Notes under the pieces: model-generated
Databases searched by the model: none
The model's input: only the letters and a program-made list of their open reading frames with translations
What the model was told of the DNA's origin: nothing
DNA from: a virus
Virus record (IMG/VR): IMGVR_UViG_3300036790_000219
Coordinates: 1 to 64,000 of that record
Length of the DNA stretch: 64,000 nt
Reading direction: 5' to 3' (one strand)
Translations under genes and position numbers: made by a program
Part shown: piece after piece, positions 14,963 to 24,336 of the stretch
Numbering within the stretch: the first letter of the stretch is position 1
Layout: each line of letters opens with the position of its first letter

Positions 14963-15526
14963 ATGATTATCTCTCTTCGTGGTACCAACTCTTCGGGGAA
15001 GTCCACGGTCGTTCGTGGAATTATGGAACGGTTTCGCCCTGTACCACTTTATGGTGTGCTGGGCTTCAAGAAACCAGAAGCTTATCGGCTAGAATTACTG
15101 AAAAAGGGTAAGCCGCTTTACATTTTGGGGCCTTATGTTGTGCCCACGGGTGGTGCGGACCAGGTTACGACGAAAGGTATTGACGTCCTAATTGCTCTTG
15201 CTGAGAAGTACCACCAGAAAGGACACGTATTGGCTGAGGGTATTCTTATCAGTAACAATTATGGGTCGTTTGGTGAGTGGCTTCATAAATATAAAGAGGA
15301 AGTTATTGTTGTTTTTATGGACACTCCCCTTGCAGTATGTTTGGAGAGTGTAAAGCGCCGTCAAGTGGAAGCCGGTCGGGGTGAGAAGGAAGTTATACAT
15401 CTTGAGGGGCACTATAAGCGGGTACTCAGCACGCGCAAGACGATGGAAGGTATGGACTTTCGAACGGAGGATGTGTCCTGGGACAACGGAGTGGAGAAGA
15501 TACTATCATGGTTGACCAAAGAATAG
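14963..15526 (+). CDS. P-loop kinase, putative 5-hmdU DNA kinase
   Basis: LRGTNSSGKST Walker A; LGPY..GGAD; VLAEG; gene context. Confidence 0.72.
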   Translation: MIISLRGTNSSGKSTVVRGIMERFRPVPLYGVLGFKKPEAYRLELLKKGKPLYILGPYVVPTGGADQVTTKGIDVLIALAEKYHQKGHVLAEGILISNNYGSFGEWLHKYKEEVIVVFMDTPLAVCLESVKRRQVEAGRGEKEVIHLEGHYKRVLSTRKTMEGMDFRTEDVSWDNGVEKILSWLTKE

Positions 15527-15780
15527 TTACTGGTGCCCGCTGTGTTTGGTGGGGTTCGATCAATACCGTTGCAAGCTGTGGTGGTCTTCCGTGTTGCCCA
15601 CACTGTGGTTCTATGCTCTTCGAGTTTCCTTCGGAAGCAGACTGGTTTGTTGCCGTTGATGCACATGAAAAGGCGGGCAACCCCGGCTACCGAAAAGTAA
15701 TAGAGTGGATGCGGGGCAAACACTATAATACCTTCCTCGAAGCGAAGGCCCAGTACTTGGCGGAGCAGGAGAAAAAGTAG
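15508..15780 (+). CDS. small Cys-rich hypothetical protein
   Basis: LPCCPHCGS; tight gene packing. Confidence 0.55.
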   Translation: MVDQRIVTGARCVWWGSINTVASCGGLPCCPHCGSMLFEFPSEADWFVAVDAHEKAGNPGYRKVIEWMRGKHYNTFLEAKAQYLAEQEKK

Positions 15781-16682
15781 TGGTCAGTATCCGCCCACTT
15801 CTGTCTTTCGTTAAAGAGCGGGAAGCTATCCGGCTCAAGAAGCTTGAGGGTCTCCCAGCGCCGTGGACGAAGGACCAGATTTTTCAGATTTATCGTTTCT
15901 GCAACATTCGTCGGGCTGATGATCGCGTTAGTGCCTGGTTGATTAAGCATGTTTTGACTGAGAAGAATGTAGAGTACGATCTGCGGTCGTTTCTAATGTT
16001 CTCGGCTTGGTGTCGGTGGGTAAATTGGCCTCCGACGATCGCTGCTGTGATGAAAGAAGGCTTCTATCCCAAGAAGCGAATTGATTGGCAGAAGCTCGGC
16101 CGCTTTGTGGATAAAATAAAGGGTAAGAAGTGGACCGGTGCTTATATGATCGTTGCACCGCGCAAGGTGAAGCAGAAGAAAGGGGTGTTCGTTGCCCGTA
16201 CTGTGATTCAGAAGTCATTTGGGGGTGTTCTGCCTTCGCTGATCGAATTATTAGAGGGGGGTGTACCAAGCTTTGAGGTTGGGCCACATCAGGCGACGCG
16301 TGAGCAGGTTTGGGCTTTGTTAAAAACTCGCAACTTCTTTGGTGGGTTTATGGCTGGGCAGATCGTAGCGGATTGGGGGTATACTTCACTGCTTCGTCAC
16401 GCGCCGGATGCCAATACTTGGGCTGCACCGGGGCCAGGCTCTAGTCGGGGCTTCAACCGATTATTGGGTCTTCCAATTAAGACTAAGATTGATCCTGAGC
16501 TCTGGAAAGCTAAGTTACCGGAATGGCGAGAGAAGGTAATCAAGCTTCTCGGCTCAGAGTATGCAGATTTGACAGCGATGGACGTTCAGAACCAGCTTTG
16601 TGAATTGGATAAGTACCTTAGGGTCAAAACTGGTGCGGGACGTCCGCGAGCAAAGTACAGACCGGAGACAGCTTATGCTTAA
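15780..16682 (+). CDS. aGPT-Pplase1 / 5-hmdU DNA kinase helical-domain protein
   Basis: ERE..PWTKDQIFQIYRFCNIRRADDRVS; GGFMAGQIVAD; QNQLCELDKY. Confidence 0.85.
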   Translation: MVSIRPLLSFVKEREAIRLKKLEGLPAPWTKDQIFQIYRFCNIRRADDRVSAWLIKHVLTEKNVEYDLRSFLMFSAWCRWVNWPPTIAAVMKEGFYPKKRIDWQKLGRFVDKIKGKKWTGAYMIVAPRKVKQKKGVFVARTVIQKSFGGVLPSLIELLEGGVPSFEVGPHQATREQVWALLKTRNFFGGFMAGQIVADWGYTSLLRHAPDANTWAAPGPGSSRGFNRLLGLPIKTKIDPELWKAKLPEWREKVIKLLGSEYADLTAMDVQNQLCELDKYLRVKTGAGRPRAKYRPETAYA

Positions 16683-17121
16683 TCCAATCCAAACGAAAAA
16701 CCGTCCAAGTTTGCTGGATTTGCGTGCGCTTAGTGATCGAGCCCTTGTAGCTGGTTTCTTTGAGGAGCGTAGTTGGCGCTCCTTGTACGAACGCATAATC
16801 CTGGAAAGAATGCAAGAGGATGGGTACTACAATTTCTACCAGTGGGTTTGGGATACCCCTTCTTCAAAGAAGATTTCTAGTAAGCAACCCCCAATTCCAA
16901 GAACAGCATTGGGAATGCAGTTGGGTTCAGAGCTACGCGCTATTTTTGAGAGTGGGTGTAAATTCGAAGATGTTAGGGACTCAGAAAGGGTGAGAGAGTT
17001 TTGTTCACCAGACGGAAATGTCTATCATCTTACTGAGCGGGAATTAACGCAACGCCAGAAAGGAATGCTTGGGCTGATTCGGGATCGTAGTAGGCGTTGG
17101 ATTCAAAAGCACAGTAGGTAG
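16675..17121 (+). CDS. hypothetical protein
   Basis: Fills the gap between flanking genes with overlapping start/stop. Confidence 0.55.
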   Translation: MLNPIQTKNRPSLLDLRALSDRALVAGFFEERSWRSLYERIILERMQEDGYYNFYQWVWDTPSSKKISSKQPPIPRTALGMQLGSELRAIFESGCKFEDVRDSERVREFCSPDGNVYHLTERELTQRQKGMLGLIRDRSRRWIQKHSR

Positions 17122-17124
17122 AAA

Positions 17125-18189
17125 ATGCGTGTAATCTATGCTGACAACGTCAACGATGCTTTCTATCATGGGGTGAACGCTCTCATTCGAGACGGCGTTC
17201 GCCAGAGCTCTCGGGCTGGTTATGTGCTTGTAATGCCCTATCCAGTTTGTACGACGTACGCTTTCCCAGAGAAGCGCGTACTTTTCCATGCTAAGCGCGA
17301 TGCCAATCCGTTCTTCCATTTATTTGAGGCGTTATGGATGTTGGCTGGACAAAAGCATGGGGCTTGGCTTGACCAGTTTGTCCATGACTTTTCTGAACGC
17401 TTTGCTGAGGAGAACGGGGATATTCATGGAGCCTATGGTTTTCGCTGGCTTCGGCACTTTGACGTTGACGGTGGCGGGGAGGATCGGCGGCTTCCCAATC
17501 AGCTGGATACAATCGTTGAGCTTCTAAAAAAGGATCCAAACGATCGGCGCATTGTTTTGTCTATGTGGGACCCGGTGGCAGATTTGGGTGTTAGTAAGTT
17601 TGACATCCCATGTAATACTCATGTATATTTTCGAGTGCGAGAAGAAGAATTTAAGCCTGGTGGTTTCTTTGAGGAGTCGGACCATAAAACTGGGGGTCGC
17701 TTATTGGATATGACGGTTTGCTGCCGTTCAAATGATGCTGTGTGGGGTGCCTACGGTGCGAATGCCGTACACTTTTCGATCTTGCAGGAATATCTGGCCG
17801 CTCGGATCGGTGTCCAAATTGGGACTTACTACCAATTTAGCAACAACTTCCACATATATTCGGACATGGTAGATAAGCTAAGCCCTTTGGAGCCGGAGAA
17901 CCGTGACTTCTACTCTACTGGCACGGCAACGCGGATTGTGACTGTACCAGAAGACTTCGATGCGGAATTGGCGCTCTTTATGGGTGGGCATCCGCTACGG
18001 TGGACCTATTCTTACCGCAACGAATTCTTCCCTAAGGTGACATTGCCACTTCTTGAGGCACATGGCTTGTGGAAGCAGAAGCTGCGGAAGGAAGCACACG
18101 CGACTTTGCAGAAGCTTCCCTTCGGTTCGGATTGGCGGTTTGCAGCAGAACGTTGGATGCTGCGTCGTATGCATAAAGTGGGAGAGTGA
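17125..18189 (+). CDS. thymidylate-synthase-fold enzyme, probable dUMP hydroxymethylase
   Basis: RDANPFFHLFE, DIPCN, RSND..GAN (Asn = dUMP-specific position); context. Confidence 0.8.
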   Translation: MRVIYADNVNDAFYHGVNALIRDGVRQSSRAGYVLVMPYPVCTTYAFPEKRVLFHAKRDANPFFHLFEALWMLAGQKHGAWLDQFVHDFSERFAEENGDIHGAYGFRWLRHFDVDGGGEDRRLPNQLDTIVELLKKDPNDRRIVLSMWDPVADLGVSKFDIPCNTHVYFRVREEEFKPGGFFEESDHKTGGRLLDMTVCCRSNDAVWGAYGANAVHFSILQEYLAARIGVQIGTYYQFSNNFHIYSDMVDKLSPLEPENRDFYSTGTATRIVTVPEDFDAELALFMGGHPLRWTYSYRNEFFPKVTLPLLEAHGLWKQKLRKEAHATLQKLPFGSDWRFAAERWMLRRMHKVGE

Positions 18190-18192
18190 TGA

Positions 18193-18669
18193 GTGACTAC
18201 TGAGAATCCTGCGACAGTTGAAGGGTTGAAGGCAAATGCGTACCAGTTTGGGGGTACTCATTATCAGACTGCGTATCAGCATTGGGATCTTGTTCTACGT
18301 TGCGGTCTTGGTTATCTAGAAGGGTGCGCAACGAAGTATGTGGCCCGGTGGCGTAAGACTGGTGTCAAAGGTGAGACGGATCTTCATAAGGCGGCCCACT
18401 ATGTGCAGAAGTTGTTAGAGAATACTCTTGGACAACGCCAACGACTTCCGCAGCGGTGGTTGCGCCAGGAACTTTCTAGGTTCCTTGCCCTCAACGGGAT
18501 CCAAGGTGATGATTTAGCGATTCTGACGGCTATTGTAACTTGGGAGACGGAGCATGATCTTCAAACTGCCCTAAGTTTGATTGAGTACTTACTAACCGAG
18601 AACTTTCCAAAAGCGGTTCCTCTCGAAGATAGCAATAAGCATGCTGAACGGGCGGTAGCTAAAAAATGA
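18193..18669 (+). CDS. DUF3310 / T7 gp1.7-like putative nucleotide kinase
   Basis: GGTHY..LEGCATKYVARWRK..DLHKA.HY. Confidence 0.75.
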   Translation: MTTENPATVEGLKANAYQFGGTHYQTAYQHWDLVLRCGLGYLEGCATKYVARWRKTGVKGETDLHKAAHYVQKLLENTLGQRQRLPQRWLRQELSRFLALNGIQGDDLAILTAIVTWETEHDLQTALSLIEYLLTENFPKAVPLEDSNKHAERAVAKK

Positions 18670-19760
18670 AGATTGAACGTAAGGAATTGCTGACGGCGCT
18701 TGAGCCTCTAAAGCCTGCGTTGGCCGTACGATCATCCATTGCCGAACTTTCTCACGTGTGGTTCGACCGTGAGTTTGCCTACGCTTACGACAACGGCAAA
18801 GGCATTCGCGTCAAATTTGCTTGTCCGCTCAAGCTGGGTGTATCGGGGCCGCTACTTCTCGGCTTAGTTGAACAGAGTAGTGCTGATACGTTTACGCTAG
18901 AAGAGAATGATACGGCCCTCACTTTCAAATCTGGCCGGTCAAATGTCAAGTTGGTCACCCTCCCCTTCGAAGGCCGAGTCTGGCCGTATCCGGAGAAGTC
19001 TAAAGGAAAGCCCCTAGCTACGATCAAGGTATCGGAAGGCTTCCTTGCGGCGCTTAAGCGAGTGCTCTCGTTGCGCCCAGTTATTCAGAAGCGAATGGAA
19101 CATCACAGCGTTTGTGTCTACCCTATTGGGAAGAGCGGTGAGGAAATGGATCTGTTTACAACGGATTCCGTTTCGCTAGCCTATATGCCCCTTGTCGAAG
19201 CTATTGGTAGTAATGCCGACGCCCTTGCCATCCCCAGAGAATTTGCCGACCAGATTTTGGCTCAATGTAAACCGGGGCAGGAACTGAATTTTTACACCGA
19301 CCACTTTGCTTTGCAAGCAAGCGAGAAGGTTTGGCTTTACTCTAATGTATTTGATACCTCGGAAATGCTTGAGTTAGGGGAAGCTGTTGACAAGTTCTCA
19401 GACAAGAAGCTGACGCCTACTTTTGATATTCCTGACGGTTTTACTGCGACGTTGGAGCGTGCAGTTCTTATGGCAGGTACTGAGGAGCCGGTCGTCTCGT
19501 TGCGGGCAACTGGGAAGACGCTGGTATTGAAAGGGCAGTTCAAGTTTGGACAATTAGATGAGGAGTTTACGCTTAGCGCCGCGTTACCCAAGGTCTCAAT
19601 TGATGTTGTCGCGAAAACGCTTCTGGCGGTTAAGGATGTTACCCGTATGATGATCTTACCTCGGAATGACCGGGAGAACGGTGCCCTTGCACTCTGTGGT
19701 AAGGACGGTTTTAGGTATATCACCGCGCCGTGGGGGATGGATAAGAAGAGTAAGGAATAA
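18666..19760 (+). CDS. beta-clamp-like sliding clamp
   Basis: MKIERKELLTAL start, 364 aa, near clamp loader and polymerase. Confidence 0.75.
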   Translation: MKIERKELLTALEPLKPALAVRSSIAELSHVWFDREFAYAYDNGKGIRVKFACPLKLGVSGPLLLGLVEQSSADTFTLEENDTALTFKSGRSNVKLVTLPFEGRVWPYPEKSKGKPLATIKVSEGFLAALKRVLSLRPVIQKRMEHHSVCVYPIGKSGEEMDLFTTDSVSLAYMPLVEAIGSNADALAIPREFADQILAQCKPGQELNFYTDHFALQASEKVWLYSNVFDTSEMLELGEAVDKFSDKKLTPTFDIPDGFTATLERAVLMAGTEEPVVSLRATGKTLVLKGQFKFGQLDEEFTLSAALPKVSIDVVAKTLLAVKDVTRMMILPRNDRENGALALCGKDGFRYITAPWGMDKKSKE

Positions 19761-19766
19761 ACTTTT

Positions 19767-20009
19767 ATGCATCCTCTAGCTTGGAAGAACTGCAGCGGGG
19801 GTAATAGTGGTGCGTGGAATGAGGTTCACTCTGGGGATCATGTTATTTACCTTATAGACGGTCGCAAGGGTACGTTAGATGAGTGTCTCCACGATGGAGA
19901 TGCTTTTATTACTTGGGATGACGGTTCTTTTGGTATGGTAAGGTGGTACAATCTGGCTCCTGTGTCAAGAGTGAAGACTACAGCTACTGGTTGGGAAGCT
20001 ATGTTATAA
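19767..20009 (+). CDS. hypothetical protein
   Basis: Short ORF coupled to the polymerase start. Confidence 0.5.
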   Translation: MHPLAWKNCSGGNSGAWNEVHSGDHVIYLIDGRKGTLDECLHDGDAFITWDDGSFGMVRWYNLAPVSRVKTTATGWEAML

Positions 20010-22564
20010 TGGGGTTGTTATTTGCGGACACTACTGGTGGTGAGTTCAAGGCCAAGTCTGAAACGAAGCTCCTAAATCAATTGGGGTGTAAGGCTTGCCC
20101 GCTCAATCACACACCTGGTAAGATTGATGCTACAGGAGCGGACAAACCGCTTATCTATATCCTCGGCGAAGCGGCGGGCCGTGAGGAAGAAGAACAGCGT
20201 CTACAATTTGTAGGAACCGCTGGCAAGCTTCTACGCCAGTACATTCCAAAGAAGTACCTCCCGCAGATTCGTTGGAATAACGTCTTAAATTGTCATCCAC
20301 CAGGGAACAAGACCCCGGAGCGTACTGAAACGGAATGTTGCCGGCCACGCATCGTAGTTGATATCGAGCGTACTAAGCCAAAAGTTATCTTCGGCTTCGG
20401 TGGTACTCCGCTAACTTGGGTGGGTGGTTTTTCTGGTATTACATTTTGGCGTGGGCGGCGGATGCCCGTTAAAGTAGGTAGTCACACGTGTTGGTACTAC
20501 GCCTTTTTACATCCCTCATATCTTCACCGCATTCATCGGGCTGATCGTTACTCAGGCGAGGTTACGCCATCGGATGAAGAGTTCATTACTGAGCTTGACT
20601 TGATGCGGGCCTTCGATGAACTTGATGACTTACCGCCGCCTGAAGTTCACACACCGGAGATGGCTAAGGCAAATGTTGAGTGTATTACTAAGATCCGTGA
20701 TATTGAATTGGCTTTGGCTTGGGCAGCGAAGCAGAAGAGTGTAGGACAAGATTATGAGACCAATTGCATTCGCCCTTTCGAAGCAAAAGCTAAAATTCTT
20801 ACTGCATCGGTGGGGACACTAGAACGGGCCTTCGCTTTCCCAATGATGCACCCTGGTGCGGGGTATAGTCGGGAACAGCGCGAGGATATCATGAACCTTT
20901 GGAAGCGGTTCTTGATGAATGCGCCTTGTCGTAAGATGGTTCATAATCTTGCCTTTGAGATGGAATGGTCAGCAGAGTTCTTTGGTACGGAAGTTCTACG
21001 TGCGCGGCCCTGGGAAGATACTGCCAACGCAGCGGCGATCGTTGATGAGCGTTCTGGGGATCGTAAAAAGGTTGGACCATTCAGTTTAGAGTTCTTGGTT
21101 CAACAATACTTTGGCTTCAATATCAAGAAGGTCTCAAATGTTAACCGCTCTAATCTTGAGAACACCGACCTTCCCACCGTTCTGCTTTACAACGGTATAG
21201 ACGCAAAGTACCACGACGGTCTCTGGTACAAACTTTGGGAAGCCATTAAGCAAGAAGGGTTAGAGGAAGCCTATAGATTGGCGGTACGCCGAGTCCCTAC
21301 CGTGACGCTTGCCCAGGTTAAGGGTGTACCGGTAGACCAGTCGAGGGTAAAGGTTCTTCAGAAGAAGTACAACACGATCGTTGAGGGGATTGAGGATAAG
21401 ATCTTCGCCGTTGATGTGGTGGGCGAATTTAAGCGTAAGACCGGTGCAGAATTTAGTCCCTCATCCAACCCTGATATTGTAGATATCTTCGAAAAGTTTT
21501 TGCATTGTAAGGAAGTCAACGTTGTTGATAAGTACACCAAGAAGGAAAAGAAATCCTGTGATGAGTCGGTGCTCTCTCAGATTAAGCACCCGCTCGCACA
21601 ACTGATATTAGATTATCGGGGTGCCACTCATCAACGTTCTACGTATATTGAGCCATTGCTTAAAGGTTTTGCTAGCTCTGTTATCTTTCCCGATGACCTT
21701 ATTCATGCCCAGTTTAATACCTTCTTTGCAGAGACAGGAAGGTTAAGCTGCTCGACGCCGAATTTGCAGAACTTCCCCAAGCGAGACGCTGAAGCTAAGG
21801 AAGTTCGTTACCCCATTCGTGCGCCACAGGGCTGCTTGATTCTAAGCTTCGACTATGGGCAGATCGAAGCCCGTGTCATTGCAATGTTCACTCAGGACAA
21901 ACGCTTTTGCAAGGCACTTTGGGAACGCTATGATGTTCACCAGGATTGGGCTGAGCGTATTGCTTACGACTACCCAGCACGTGTTGGTGGGAAGAAGAAC
22001 TTAACCGACAAGAAGGCGATGAAGGACTTCCGCACAGACATAAAGAACCAGTGGACGTTCCCCCTCTTCTTTGGTGCACAACTCAAGTCCGTGGCAGGAT
22101 ACCTTAGTATCCCTGAGAACGTTCTGCGCCCACATTACAAGAAGTTCTGGCGGGAGTTTGAAGGCGTTAAGAATTGGCAGGAAGAACTCAAGAAATTCTA
22201 CTACGAGTATGGTTATGTGGAGTGTTTGACGGGACGCCGACGTCATGGCCCGTTGAGCTTAAACCAGATACTAAACTCGCCGGTTCAAGGAACTGCTTGT
22301 GAAATTGTTATGGACGCTATGTCGCGTCTCTCTGAAACCGGAGACCCACTTTTGCAACCGGAGCTTCAGATCCATGACGATCTAACTTTTATTCGGGTGC
22401 CCGAGGAGCAGATTGATGTTGTGGCGGAAAAAGTGATCGACAAGATGTTGGATGTTCCCTTTGATTTTATCAACGTTCCGATCACTGCGGAAATGAGTGT
22501 TGGTGAGAATTGGATGCAGCTTGAGGAAGTAGGGACGTATTCCTCCGATACGTGGAGAAAGTAA
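20009..22564 (+). CDS. family A DNA polymerase with N-terminal family-4 UDG-like domain
   Basis: CKACPL..GEAAG..FVG.AG (UDG4); DYETN/HNLAFE exonuclease; DYGQIEARV, QIHDDL. Confidence 0.93.
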   Translation: MGLLFADTTGGEFKAKSETKLLNQLGCKACPLNHTPGKIDATGADKPLIYILGEAAGREEEEQRLQFVGTAGKLLRQYIPKKYLPQIRWNNVLNCHPPGNKTPERTETECCRPRIVVDIERTKPKVIFGFGGTPLTWVGGFSGITFWRGRRMPVKVGSHTCWYYAFLHPSYLHRIHRADRYSGEVTPSDEEFITELDLMRAFDELDDLPPPEVHTPEMAKANVECITKIRDIELALAWAAKQKSVGQDYETNCIRPFEAKAKILTASVGTLERAFAFPMMHPGAGYSREQREDIMNLWKRFLMNAPCRKMVHNLAFEMEWSAEFFGTEVLRARPWEDTANAAAIVDERSGDRKKVGPFSLEFLVQQYFGFNIKKVSNVNRSNLENTDLPTVLLYNGIDAKYHDGLWYKLWEAIKQEGLEEAYRLAVRRVPTVTLAQVKGVPVDQSRVKVLQKKYNTIVEGIEDKIFAVDVVGEFKRKTGAEFSPSSNPDIVDIFEKFLHCKEVNVVDKYTKKEKKSCDESVLSQIKHPLAQLILDYRGATHQRSTYIEPLLKGFASSVIFPDDLIHAQFNTFFAETGRLSCSTPNLQNFPKRDAEAKEVRYPIRAPQGCLILSFDYGQIEARVIAMFTQDKRFCKALWERYDVHQDWAERIAYDYPARVGGKKNLTDKKAMKDFRTDIKNQWTFPLFFGAQLKSVAGYLSIPENVLRPHYKKFWREFEGVKNWQEELKKFYYEYGYVECLTGRRRHGPLSLNQILNSPVQGTACEIVMDAMSRLSETGDPLLQPELQIHDDLTFIRVPEEQIDVVAEKVIDKMLDVPFDFINVPITAEMSVGENWMQLEEVGTYSSDTWRK

Positions 22565-22567
22565 AAA

Positions 22568-22753
22568 GTGGCTGGCCTAAGTTTAACTATGACACAACAA
22601 GAGCGTAAGAACTTGATGGACATGTACGGCAATATACTCATCGAAAAGCTACGGGCACGCAACTATCAGAATCTTGATGTAGAGGAGATTCTACAAATTG
22701 TCTTACGATTGAGGGGTCTACTCTTGGAGTTTAGCAATGCACCAGTCAATTGA
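22568..22753 (+). CDS. hypothetical protein
   Basis: Short ORF between polymerase and clamp loader. Confidence 0.45.
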   Translation: MAGLSLTMTQQERKNLMDMYGNILIEKLRARNYQNLDVEEILQIVLRLRGLLLEFSNAPVN

Positions 22754-23666
22754 GACTAAATACAGGCCCGAGGACTTTGATGAAGTCATTGGACAGAAAG
22801 TTGTAGTCAAATCCCTACAGAACGCTATTGAAAAGCGGCTTGGTACTACCTTCCTCTTTACCGGACCTTCCGGCACTGGTAAGACCACGTTAGCGCGGTT
22901 GGCCGCTACAGCACTCGGCTGTCTCCCAGCGGACCTAGAGGAGATAGACGCGGCGACGAAGACTGGTATTGAGGACATGCGGGAGGTTACTGGAGCTCTT
23001 ATGTACCGTCCGTTGGGAACTGGCGGGGTCAAGGCCATTATCGTTGATGAGGTCCACGCGCTGAGCAAAGCGGCTATGCAGTCGCTCTTGAAAGTTCTTG
23101 AGGATCCGCCTTCCTGGGTATTCTGGTTTTTGTGTACAACTGAACCCACCAAGGTTCCGAAAGCCATCCAGACGCGGTGTCTATCCTACCAATTGAAGGA
23201 AGTTGGTGTTGATGATTTGATTGACCTCTTGGCGACGACGGAGGAAGCGAAGGACATTGATGACGGCATTCTGGCGCTTTGTGCTAAGGAAGCGGGAGGT
23301 TCGCCGCGTCAGGCACTCTCTAATCTTGGTGTCTGTGTTACGGCAGAGAACCGTAAAGAGGCAGCTGAGCTTCTACGGTCGGCAGCGGAAACCAAGGAGG
23401 CTTTTGAGTTAGCCCGTGTTCTGTTCAATGGCGCAAGCTGGAACGAGGTGCGAGAACTTTTAAGCAGGCTCAAGGAGACCAGTCCGGAATCGGTTCGTCA
23501 CGTTGTGCGGGCTTACATGACGAAGGTTCTGCTCGACAGTCAAAAGAAGGTTGATACTGAGATTGCCCTGGCAATTTTGGATGCATTTTCAATACCCTTC
23601 AATTCGTTCGATGGTATGTCTCCATTAGTTCTCGCTTGTGCGAAGCTGTGTTGGGGGAGTAAATGA
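22737..23666 (+). CDS. clamp loader AAA+ subunit (DnaX-like)
   Basis: KYRPEDFDEVIGQ; GPSGTGKTT; IVDEVH; LCTTEP. Confidence 0.92.
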   Translation: MHQSIETKYRPEDFDEVIGQKVVVKSLQNAIEKRLGTTFLFTGPSGTGKTTLARLAATALGCLPADLEEIDAATKTGIEDMREVTGALMYRPLGTGGVKAIIVDEVHALSKAAMQSLLKVLEDPPSWVFWFLCTTEPTKVPKAIQTRCLSYQLKEVGVDDLIDLLATTEEAKDIDDGILALCAKEAGGSPRQALSNLGVCVTAENRKEAAELLRSAAETKEAFELARVLFNGASWNEVRELLSRLKETSPESVRHVVRAYMTKVLLDSQKKVDTEIALAILDAFSIPFNSFDGMSPLVLACAKLCWGSK

Positions 23667-24193
23667 GTCCGCGATTCGGCCGCGAAAACTCTACACGAGA
23701 CAATCGCAGTGAGCTTGAGGGTTCATTGCAGATTGATCGGGACGATCTTGATTCCTGTCTTGTAGAACAGCCGGGTTATTTTTACCACGTTGCTGAGGAA
23801 GTAGCTCAGGCCAACGCGCGGCGAGATACCTTAAAGTTAGAGCTCGAGGAGCAGATTGCCGTTCTGGATAAAGAGGTTCGGCAGAATGCTCTCCGGGACG
23901 ATGAGAAGATGACTGAGGCTGGTATCCAGAACCGGCTTCGTACGATGCCAAAGATAAAGGATCTCCAACGCCAGTTTCTAAATGCTAAAACTGAGGCAGA
24001 TAGCTGGGCAGCACTCAAGGAAGCGTATCAACAGCGTTCCTTTATGTTGCGGGAACTCGTGGCCTTGCATTTGGCCCATCTTCACAATCTTGGTATCGAA
24101 CGTGGTGCGGTAGCTTCACGGCATGATATCGGTGATCGTAACCGAGTAGCGACTGAGGCACTGCGAAGGAATCGAAGACAGGGACAAGAATGA
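23663..24193 (+). CDS. UvsY-like recombination mediator (putative)
   Basis: Helical protein, LQIDRDDLD..EQPGYFY, upstream of SSB and RecA. Confidence 0.55.
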   Translation: MSPRFGRENSTRDNRSELEGSLQIDRDDLDSCLVEQPGYFYHVAEEVAQANARRDTLKLELEEQIAVLDKEVRQNALRDDEKMTEAGIQNRLRTMPKIKDLQRQFLNAKTEADSWAALKEAYQQRSFMLRELVALHLAHLHNLGIERGAVASRHDIGDRNRVATEALRRNRRQGQE

Positions 24194-24333
24194 TAAAGGA
24201 CGTGCTCTTAGGTCTTGCAGGATTTGCAGTGATCGTGGGTGTGGTGTATGTTCTAACGCGGACCGTCACCCTTGCCCACTATCGCAGCAAGCGCGATTAC
24301 GATCGCGGGTTTCGTAAATTCAAAGGAGAGTGA
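24190..24333 (+). CDS. small membrane protein
   Basis: MIKDVLLGLAGFAVIVGVVYVL.., 47 aa, below ORF-track cutoff. Confidence 0.45.
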   Translation: MIKDVLLGLAGFAVIVGVVYVLTRTVTLAHYRSKRDYDRGFRKFKGE

Positions 24334-24336
24334 TTA

